From Octopus sinensis (lineage: Eukaryota), in assembly GCF_006345805.1 (NCBI RefSeq), contig NC_043002.1:17050001-17114000 (forward strand): a stretch of DNA of 64,000 bases, in the 5' to 3' direction. Both the position numbers and the translations under genes were made by a program. Shown piece after piece: positions 53,346 through 64,000 of the stretch. The notes under the pieces were generated by a model. It saw only the letters and a list, made by a program, of their open reading frames with translations, was not told where the DNA came from and did not search any database. The first letter of the stretch is position 1; each line of letters begins with the position of its first letter.

Positions 53346-56300
53346 TAATTTCTTTCCAACTCCATATATCTTGAAACCCAGACTGCACCTTCGAGAAGAT
53401 CAACTTTTTATATAACATTTCTTATGGTACAATGCCTTTAATTTTATATGATATCAAATGTGAATTTTAGGATTAAATTCATTTGAAGTAACAGGCATTT
53501 CGTAATACTATTTTCGGTGATATCCGATGAGATCTTGTACTTTGTGAACACAAATCTAATTGCCCACGAAAATGTATATATGAGATCTGCGGCTTTCGCA
53601 AGTTGCTTTATCTGAGTTAACGTTCTTAAAACAACAATTTCTACTTAAAGACTCATTATATTCAACACACATTGATTATAACACAACTATGTAGGTGTAT
53701 TATATATTATACCCCATAAATGGCGCATACATTGTAAATCTATAAATTAATATAATTATAAATATATTAGTTAAATCCATGACGTCTTTCCTTGTAAATG
53801 AGATAAAGCTAATTTCAAGTGGGTAAGATAATACATATTCACATTCAAACATCACCGAAATATTCATTCATGATGTAACAAAAAATATGCTTTTATATAA
53901 AAATTCACTAGACACTTATCTGTTTTTCGATTACTCTTCTCAAAGCAGAATGGAAACGATGGTCTCCTCTAAGGTAAAAGGTAGGTGTTTCATTTGAGAG
54001 GGAAGAGTGCCTGAACATGTATGTAGTTGAAACTATCGCAATAGCGCTTAAAGAAACTACAAGTTTTACACATAGTTTACATGGACCTTCCAACTTTCTG
54101 CAAGAAGTGTTAAACTGTTTAATCAAAATCAAGATCGTTAATACTTGTGTTTTGCATTTGACACGGAATTGCCAAATTTTTAAATAAATAAATAAAAACA
54201 AGCGTCAATTAGGAGGGACGCTTGGATCATTGATTTATTTGAGATTTTGATTATGTCATTGCTTCCGAAGATTGTAATCTTCCGAAATAACTTTTTAAGA
54301 AGTACATACTTCAAATATGTCCCCAACAAAATCTAAAATGAGATTTCCTGAAAGCTCATGAAATAAACTTTAATACCTTGAAACTAATCACTGTTCATTG
54401 GAAATATCTCGCATTCAATAATAATTATTAAGTGTTTCTATAATTAAGAATGGTTTCTTACAGATCTTAGTCCTGCCCGGAACTGCAGGAATTGAATGTT
54501 TGCATTATATAAAATCGAGAAATAATCTCAGAGGTTGTGAACTTATTATATATTTGAAGTGACTGATTAATTCTCTATGAAATTCTAAAATATTTTGAGA
54601 TTACCATGGGATACGTATAAATACATTTGACAAATGCTGCATCTGGTAACGCAAAAGACATGTGAGGCTTTTAATGTGTCAAAATAATATTAGAAACGTA
54701 ACTGTATGAGATGAAAATAATAGTTGTGTTGAGGGATGAGAAGGTGACTGCGCGCCAAAAATGTCTATCTGAAGTAGACATATTGACAACGATATCTTCG
54801 ATAAGAACTGAGATATCCTGAGTGTAAGCCAAGATACGTTCGAACAGCTTTTTTGCGATTGGAGGCGTTTGGAGAGCAGTTAAAATGGGTATTTAGGGAA
54901 GAGCAAAGGTGAAAGATTTCAATCAAAGATATTTGGAATATATGTTGTCACACAGTTGACAGTTGTTAGAGTCGTGTGGATAGAAATTAGTATCACAACT
55001 CAGGGTAAGAATTATGTAACGAATGTAGTTCGGGGAAAAGTATTTTGTATATAGGACGGGTAAATGATTTGCATCTCGAAACGGAATGCAGTTTGTGTAG
55101 TAAGAGATAATGTGTGGGATCTATGTCATATGTGAGACCATTTTTATTTAAGAACAACAAGAGAGTGTGTGTGGAGCACGTCTAGTTAATCTGTTACAGA
55201 AATGTCATTTTGGCAGGATATGATAATAACAATAATGGATTTTTTACAGCTGATCGCTATTATGGAACGTTAATGGATTGAAGTGGTATGTTACTGGATG
55301 GATTGAAGCGAAACTTGAATGTTTTGTGGATCCATTTGTTATAAATCTAAAATATATATAAGAAAACATTTTAAAATTAAAAGTGGACTCCACAAAACCA
55401 AATAATATCAGTAAATATTATCTTGCTGAGAAAGTTTCCGTAGTCATCTACGATATTTTTATATCATGTAACGTATTAACTGGGGATATGTAAGTGTTTT
55501 GTGAAAAAGAGAATGTTAAGCTGTATAACGCTCAGAAAGTAATAATGAGACTGTGTAATAATAAACAATTCCTGGACATTCACAAAATATGACTGTGTGT
55601 AATAAAAGCTTTTGAAAATTAGTTTTAATTATATGAAAACTAATGGCGTGTTACATGATTGCAACTAAATGACGGATTGTAAATGTGTGCATTTGAGGTT
55701 GATTGGGTGACATGGTCAGGCTTAATGTGTTTAGTGGACAAAATTCATTGTTAGAAGCCTGTTGTATACAACAATTCTGATGATAGAATGTTCAGATGTC
55801 ATCCACATGGAAAACAATAGTGGAATCAGTTTTAACTTAAATAGGTTTTTCTGTTATAATGAGGAAACATTGGCCTCACGCTCAATACCGAAGTAACGCG
55901 GAATAAAACAATGTGTACCTACGGCATTATGCATTGCATGATATGGGGAAACAAAATAGTTTAGAGTGAAGAAGTTATACATAATCCATCGATCAACGCT
56001 TGTGGCTGATACATATAATTAATATTGATTTCTCACATTTGGTCACAAGACTGACTAATCGAATAGTAAAATTCAATTCGACTCATTCTTTTGTATTATA
56101 TTTTGCAAATGTGGAGGGACAGAATTTTGTTTACAGAATTCTTCTCATTTGTTCCGTGACGCAGATCATGGTTAACGGCCAACATGTGTTGGAGGCCGAA
56201 ATAAATATCCCTCAAAATCTTCGGTTGAGAAACAATGTGTTTTATAATTTTGCCTTTTTCTTTATATCATTTAACGATTAGCATCAACGTCGTATATACA

Positions 56301-56409
56301 CACACACACAAACACACACACGCACATACACAGACACGTACACACACACGCACACACAAACACACGCACGCACACACGCACATACACACACATACACGCA
56401 CACACACAC

Positions 56410-56466
<57 letters not shown>

Positions 56467-56608
56467 TAGGAGAGGAAGAGAGAAGGGAGACGGGGAGAGA
56501 GAGAAAGAGGGAGATGTGTCTATGGATTCATTATATCAGAATATAGGTTTGTAGATTCATATAGCAGACTATATATGCATGTGTGTGTGTGTGTGTGTGT
56601 ATCTAGAA

Positions 56609-56924
56609 AGTTACCCTCCGAGGCACAAGTCTGGGCAAGGTTGTTTATGGAAGACCAGCAGTCGTCCATGCATACCGGCCTCCCCTCTCCACGCCACCGA
56701 TGTTATCCAAGGAAAAGGCAAAGGCTGATTCAGCTTGGCAACAATGACGTCGCAACACATTTATTAACGTGCAAGTGGCTGAGCATTCCACAGATGCGTG
56801 TACCCTTAACTTATTTCTCGGGGAGATTCAGTCTGACACTGGGTGTAACAAGGCTGGCCCTATCACATACAGGTACAACAGTAACAGGAAGGAAGAGTGA
56901 CAGAAAGCTGTGGTGAAAGAGTAC
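56609..56924 (-). mobile_element. SINE fragment of mosaic appearance
   Basis: 56620-56760 resembles 1420-1560, and 56760-56924 resembles 37260-37420. Confidence 0.6.
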
Positions 56925-57139
56925 ATATATATAAAGTAATTAATAATTGTGGTTTTGGGAGCAATTGCTTTTATTTTAGGAAGTGGTATTATATATACCC
57001 TACCTAATCTTAAATTACTTTATATTGTACCTGTAAAGGTGTGAACTTGCTAGCCACCTTATTATTACTGTATATAACGGTAAAAGTCCTACTATATATT
57101 ATATGTATATTTATACATACATTATATATACACATATAT

Positions 57140-59824
57140 GTGTGTGCGTGAGTGCGTGCTATTTTATTCCACACGGGTGGAAACCAGAAAAATAGAAGAT
57201 GAAAACGCTTTGAGAATAATTAAAATATTCTTTATTTATATATGTAAAGCTTTAAACGGTTACACAGTTTACACTTATTTTCAAAACATTTCAAATAGAA
57301 AGACCTGTCTCAAGTGGCAGCTGTCTTGCTTCTGACCAGTGTTGGACCTTTTTATATAGGGAGTTCATGGCTCAAAGTAGTATATGTTTCGAATAGGATT
57401 CTTTCGGTTGAGGATAGTCACATGCCTGCTCTAAGAAATTTGTGTAGGTTCTCCACTCCGTCTTCGTGTGTCAAGTGACAATATATGGTGTCATAAGTAA
57501 AGGCTGACAATCAATGCTCTGAATATATTCTGTCAAGTGTTTTTTCAGAATGAACAAATGATTAAGTTTATAAACTTTTGTGCGTTTCCCGCTACACCCG
57601 TGCGTTAGTGTCACGTGAAAGTGTATTTTGCGCCTAACTGGAATACTGACACGGTTTAGTGAACATGTTTAGTTACAGTCAAGGCATTCCAAATTTAATC
57701 TGTCTGGTGGGAGAGTGGACATGATTCGTTTGTATGTAATCCAATGGTTAACGTTTAGGTTGTTAGTTGTGTAGGTTCTTCATGATAAGTGCCAGGATAA
57801 GTTTTCTGGCTGAATAGTTTGTTAAGCCTTGGTTTATACTTTTGTATGAAAGTATATTTTTGTCTAGCCGTGTTTTACCTGTCGTATTCACTGAACATAC
57901 GTCGAGTGGGGAGACCTGAAATATGGACGAGGTAATTTTTGCATATATCTATGTGTCCACTCAGCGGAGTCTGTCTACTATTGGCGTCTTATATTTGTTG
58001 TCGGTAAATGACCAGACTATTTCTTAGAGTAAGCTTTGTTTGACCGATGTAATTTTCATTACATCCTTAACATTTCATTGCGGATATTAAATTTGCTTAA
58101 GAACATGTAAAGTGATTTTTACGGTAAAAATATGTTCATATTAGAAGCTTATGTTGTGTCTCAAATAAGGTTGATGCAAGTCCCGTATATGGGGCGACCA
58201 CACTTTTGGTGGTAGATGTAGAAATTGTGGAAGGTACTTTGTGAGGAATTTAAGGGGTGGTAAATTTCATTGTCTTTTACTTTTGATTGTTTTGTGTATT
58301 TCTAATGTGTGTTTTATTCTTGGGTCATGTTTTAATAGTGGGATATTCTGGTGGATAATATTGTAAAACACTGTGTTTCTTGAGCTGTGTAATAAAGGGT
58401 AGAGAGTATTGGATGTATCTGGATCGTTTATCGTTTTCCGTACTTCCTCGATATTTATTGCTTTGGCAGTATTACTCTTTTGTCTATAAACATTAATGGA
58501 TATTGTCTTTTAAGTAATACCTGTTTTAGTTCCTGGTGCTTTCTATTGAGAGATTCCGGTTTTGATACAATTGTGCAGATTCTTCTTGCTAGAATAAGTA
58601 TTATTGGCATGAGGATAGTTAATTACTCTTTAGAATCTGTATAGTGGATATATGTTTCAAAGTTTTTATCTCTTTCGAAGATCACTATATGCAGGAATGG
58701 TAGATGAGTTTTATTGTATTCCATGATAAAGTTAATATTATTATTTATGTTGTCAACTAGACTTTCCAAATGTGTGCATTCATAGGATTACGCAGTCATC
58801 AAAGTAACGTTTCCAATTTTGCAGTTGATATTTGTGTAAGATCAAGTCATACTTTAATTTATATTCTAAGACTCTATTCCCTGGAGGGAAGACGGGATAC
58901 TTATGCAGTAATATGTATCTGTAAGATCCTGGAAGGAATTGTGCCAAATTCTGGCATTGAAAGCTACACCAATACCAGAACGGGACGACACTGCATAGTG
59001 TCAAAGATCCCAGCAATGCCATCACGCTTCAGGACCAGTTACTGCAACAGCTTGCGTTTCAAGGGCCCACAGCTTTTTAATATTCTCCCAAAGAGCCTTA
59101 AGAACCTGCACAAAGTAGAGGTAGGGATTTTAAAATCAAGGCGGTACCTCTTCCCGTCGGGAGTTCCAGATGAACCTACCTCACGGCACGAGGTGCAAAT
59201 GAGGGTAGCTACACCAAACTCCATTCTTCACCAAGTGCCACATATTAGAGGAGGCTTTCAGTAATAACAGCGTAGCAATACGGCGGTGCATCAGCATGGC
59301 CGCAGTTCTGAGCTGAAACTAGGGAGAGAAAAAATAATATCTGGACCTCCATGTAAGCAGATTTTGTCCCCATCGCTGTCCCAGATATTTGTTTGTAAAT
59401 ATTTCCATCGAAGACAAAAAAGTTGTTTTCGAGGATAAACTTTAATCCTACAGTTATGAAACTCTTTTCAGTTCTGTCCGCAATTTCATGAGGAAATTTC
59501 AGAAGCCCCAATTTTCTTGCCTCTAGTCCATATTAGTTTCGGATAGTGATATAGAGGTTTACTACATCAAAAGTTACAATAATGGTATCATTGTCTATGA
59601 ATTTTGGAAGATGGTTTAAGAGGTCAAGGTACAGGTCGACCTTTGCAAGACTTGTTATGTTTGAAAATAGAGGAAGCTTCATACACTAGTCAGAAGTAAA
59701 ATATCTGCGACATAAACCACGTCTTTCTATTTGAACCTTTTGAAAATCAGTGTAAAACCTGAAACCGGGTTAAAGCTTTGAATATCTTAACTATTATCAG
59801 TGCATTTTCAATTTCTATTTTTCT
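57140..59824 (-). mobile_element. Decayed Neptune-like Penelope element (RT plus GIY-YIG), interrupted by a LINE, with an inverted pseudo-LTR fragment at its 5' junction
   Basis: Minus strand DTIIVTFDVVNLY, FILENNFFVFDGNIYKQISGTAMGTK, FIMEYNKTHLPFL, KCGRP..GTCINL, FTCS.ANLI..KC.GCNENYIGQTK. 57186-57304 is inverted relative to 59721-59824. Confidence 0.8.
58771..59325 (+). mobile_element. CR1/L2-group LINE 3' fragment nested in the PLE
   Basis: LRLYSLEGRRDTY...FKGPQLFNILPKSLKNLH...PDEPTSR, a diverged relative of 49651-50826 with the same 3' UTR motif. Confidence 0.85.
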
Positions 59825-59959
59825 TATATATATATATATATATATATACATACACACATACATACATTGTATTCTAGTATTGATAATTCTGTTTCCTTCT
59901 AAGCGTCTCATTTTAAACATGTTCATGTATGTATGCCGCATAATACCTGTAACTTTCCA

Positions 59960-60007
<48 letters not shown>

Positions 60008-60959
60008 AAAACTCTTAGGGAATGAGGAAAATGCAACGTATTAACTGAACCTGTATTTTTATTATTTCGCTTTTTTTTTCTTGCTTAACTCATGTGACGC
60101 GCAGTAAGATGAAACAACATCCATGTGGGAAAGCTAATGCATATCAACCATGTTTCCTCTCGCACAAATTACCGGGATTCTATTTCCTTGAAGATACATT
60201 TATCGGCACGGCGCTTGCTTATGTAATATGTGAAGGGCCTAATCTAATTACGTTCGATAATTTATTTTTTACATTATTCTAAAGGTTTCGCGAATCCAAT
60301 ACCCTCTAAAAATAAAATGTTATTACATTTTGACTCCTGTTGTTTTCTCCTCATTGCATATTTTCTAATTACACTTTTTTTAATATCCCTGCAATATATA
60401 TATACTCGAGCATTAACCTAAATACTTTTAATAACAACCCGATACCGCGCATTATAAAAAACGTAGTTCCTTCTCCGGTACTCAATCAATCTTCGCATGA
60501 GCTGAATTATATGGCATTAATATATTGGTTGAAGAATAAAATATTGCGAGTATATTGGAACTTTATTCTATGTGTAAATGCGCTTTTATGTGTGTATATT
60601 ATTTATACACATGTGCACAAGTGATAGGCGTGTTTTGCCACACTGGAACGCACGTGTGATTCAATTAACTTTTTTATGTGTTCATGGAAATTTAGTTCGT
60701 AAATATATATTCATCTGGAACGTGGAAAACCACTGAAAATATTGGCTAACGTTTGGTTTGGTAGTCACATTTTCGCTGCCCAGGAAATTTTACTTATCAT
60801 TCTATAGTTTATTTTCTCAAAAGTATAACGAAACAGAATTTGGAATTAACAACTATATGCTTGAAACATGTAAGAACATTTCATCTTCACCATGCTGCCT
60901 GTCCAGAACAATGTGCATTTCTTCTATTGAAAGATCTCGCTAGTTTCGTCTTTAATATA

Positions 60960-61900
60960 GCTGACCTGTGTTAAACAAAACACACGCGGGTATAAAAATG
61001 AGAAGAAATGAGATCCGGCTAGATATTGTAGGGAGATGGAAAGAACACACAAATAAAACACCATCCACTTACTACAACTCTCATAGATAAACAAGCTATG
61101 ATTCTCTTTATAGCATTATCTCAAAACATCTTTATTATACTCAGCTCAGATTACGTTGCAGTTGTGGTGCAAATCCAGATGGAAATAGATCAATGTTACC
61201 ACCAACTGATTAGTACCGTTTTGAAAGTAACAATACGAGATAAATTTCTACTAATAGGAGATCTCAAAGCTAGGGTAAGAGACGTGTGGGATGACGTGAT
61301 TATTAAAAAAGATGTTTTAAAAAGTGTAATATCAGTGTGATTTCCTCGGTTAAAACCTCTTCGTATCACTGCATTCTCATCGTTAACACACACTTGGAAG
61401 CTCGCAGTTCATATGAATGTTCTGCAGACATTTAGTATGGAGATCGTCTTCCAGGACATGACAAATAAGGGACAGTGATTACAATCTCAAAGAAATGATG
61501 ATGTCACATAAGTTCAAAATCTTGTCACATAGTCAATCTTTAAACAATAGTTCACCCAAAACTATGATACAAACAAGCCAACGTTCATCGCTGTATTGTT
61601 GAAAAATGGTAATGAGCTAGAAATAACCTCACTAGCCCGTCACAAAATGTCACTGATCACATCAACAGTTGTAGCCACAATCGCTTTGAAAGGAACAAAG
61701 ATAAAATCAATAAGGAATAGCGAAACGCTTTGGATGTCAATGGATCAATACCTATGATCAAGCAATCTGAATGTTACTATCTAAAATTCAAAGTCTAATG
61801 TCAAGCAAAAATCAGAGAACAACGGAACAATTGGTGACAACAACACATCTACAGACTTCAAAAATATGCAGAAGCCTGTCATCTAAGCAAGATTTTGGTG
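60960..61900 (+). mobile_element. Highly decayed RTE-like LINE (AP endonuclease region)
   Basis: QCYHQLISTVLKVTIRDKFLLIGDLKARV..VWDDVI resembles the APE GDxNA motif. Boundaries are approximate. Confidence 0.5.
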
Positions 61901-62263
61901 AACATTTTTATATATTCAACATGGTTCGGATATAAACAGATAGAATGTTAACTCTTAAAACGACAAAATAAACATTCTTTTGTTTTCGCCACAGAATCGG
62001 AAACTGCAGACATCAGAATATTTCCTCAAAAATATCTCAGCTCATCGTGAAAAATGTACAGCTATTATTTCAAGACTGAAAATGGCCTGGAAAATAGGGA
62101 TTACATTTCTGAGGATCGGGGAAAATTATTAATTAGTTATTGAACTATGGCCACTGAAACTTAAATCAAAACTATATATTATGAATATTTACATAAGGTA
62201 GAACACCGAGGTACAAAAAATGCTATTGTTATTGCTGTGCTTAAGAAATGAGATCATAAAGTA

Positions 62264-62401
62264 TTAACATTCCTCTCCATCGCATAAATCAATATATTTT
62301 AAGGTTTTCTCAGCCACCTCCAGAAATTTTAGTCTCTCCGCATCATAATACTGTTTTTGTATGCTCTGTGGTACGATCGATGTGATTTTCTCTACTGGAA
62401 T
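62264..62401 (-). CDS. Candidate terminal coding exon of an unidentified host gene
   Basis: Strong acceptor ttctctttactttttgcag followed by an open 45-codon frame IPVEKITSIVPQSIQKQYYDAERLKFLEVAEKTLKYIDLCDGEEC*. No family recognised. Confidence 0.35.
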   Translation of the reverse strand: MPVEKITSIVPQSIQKQYYDAERLKFLEVAEKTLKYIDLCDGEEC

Positions 62402-63041
62402 CTGCAAAAAGTAAAGAGAAGAGAATAGGAACCATTCATTTCTCTACGACAACGTGGAAAAAAGTCTTATCTCAATGTGCCTTAGATACGCCATGACGAC
62501 TCGCATCAAGACAACCTTGCTTCACATATTCAAGCTTCTCATGAGGGTACAATACGTTCTCTAATTCATTGGAACAAATTTCCGAACAGTTCCCGATCAT
62601 ATGTGAGTGACACATGACTGCGTTCTCGGTAGCGTGCTGTTCTCATACATTTTCTGGGACAATATTTGTGCTGCTTCCGAAATCCATATGTGACCGTAAA
62701 GAACTGTTCTAATATTGAATCATATTATATGCGCAGATTTTCATCTCCATACCTACTAACACCCAAACTTTGCAGCTTTAATATCCGATATTTTGACACG
62801 CAAATCAGGAATTACTTAATAATCCCTTAATAATTTCACACGTAAATATGAAAATTTCGGAATTAAGAAGGCCAAAGACCAACTTCAACGGAATATTTAG
62901 CAGCACTAATAATATATTCCTCAAAATTCGATGTCGACCTTAAAAATCTTCCCCTTTGGAAAGAATATGGTTTCAAAATTCTATCAATCAATACAGCAAG
63001 TGAAAAACTGGCAGAGGTGGTTCATTAAGAAGAGGGTCTAT

Positions 63042-63448
63042 TAAGGCGGTGAACTGGCAGAACATTAGCACGCCGGGCGAAATACTTAGCGGTATATCCT
63101 CTGCCGTTATGTTGTGAGTTCAAATTCCGCCGAGGCCGACTTTGCCTTTCCTCCTTTCGGGGTCGATAAATAAAGTACCAGTTACGCACTGGGATCGATG
63201 TAATCGACGTAATACCTATGTCTGTCCTTGTTTGTCCTCTCTGTGTTTAGCCCCTTGTAGGTAATAAAGAAGTAGGTATTTCGTCTGCCGCTACGTTCAA
63301 ATTCCTCCGAGTTCAAATTCAGACTTTGCCTTTCATCCTTTCGGGGTCGTACCAGTTGCGCACTGGGATCTATGTAATCTACTTAATCCCTGTGTCTGTC
63401 CTTGTTTGCCCCCTCTATGTTTAGCCCCTTGTGGGCAATGAAGAAATA
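63042..63448 (+). mobile_element. SINE (ggcggcgagctggcagaa family), tandem two-unit copy
   Basis: Two units, each ending tgtttagccccttgt.gg.aat.aagaa. Confidence 0.85.
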
Positions 63449-64000
63449 AAAATAATAATAAGAGATTGTCTCACAATGTTGTGATTTCAAAACTCTTTTC
63501 CTATTGAGCAACATGCGTATTTTGTCGTTGAAGCATCCAAATGCGAAAACATTTCCACCAACAACAGCCCTGACACTTTCTAAGCATAAAATATGACGTC
63601 TAAACAATGGTCCCCTAGAAACACCCAACAATCGAAGCAGATAATCAGTCACGACGAAACGCAACGAAAGAGATGTTTACCTGTGCTTAGAATGAAGAGA
63701 GACATCTCCCCGTGAAATCCACTTCAGTAAATTCACCAACTGGAAAATAGCGCTGCCGATATAAGGAAACGAAATCTCAAAATGGACGTAACTGAGCGAA
63801 AAATCTGATAATCTTAAGCATAGACCAGCTCAAACTCGTATCAATCTATCATCGGTGGAGAAACTGATGCGAGAAAAGAAAAGAATATGGGTAACCTAAA
63901 TGACCAACAAAATACACCTTTTCCAAATTCCTTCTTATTATCTCTTATCCGGCATGTTTCTCCAGACGATTTTGCTTATTAATTAACTCCTTTAACGTAA

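Overview
AT-rich animal genomic DNA packed with microsatellites ((TA)n, (CA)n, (TAA)n, (TACA)n, (GAA)n). The repeat families resemble octopus/coleoid cephalopod DNA (inference). Almost all listed ORFs are microsatellite artefacts, and no host gene is firmly identifiable; two candidate minus-strand exons lie near 62.3 and 63.7 kb. The window is a nest of mobile elements: tRNA-derived SINEs, R4/Dong-type and CR1/L2-group LINE fragments, two non-autonomous Helitrons, a mariner remnant and several Penelope-like elements (PLEs). Three things stand out. (1) Several unrelated PLE or retrozyme-like insertions sit in (TA)n tracts and share one fold-back design: an inverted copy of the 3' region at the 5' junction, a short unpaired tail and minimal type I hammerhead ribozyme motifs. 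The largest is a ~4.45 kb palindrome (27263-31713) around a GIY-YIG domain. (2) A 3.4 kb inversion (1042-4489) with a 532-bp inverted duplication at its breakpoints can be reconstructed from the sequence. (3) Undoing that inversion reveals a ~1.6 kb ORF1-only (HAL1-like) retroelement with a 17-bp target-site duplication.
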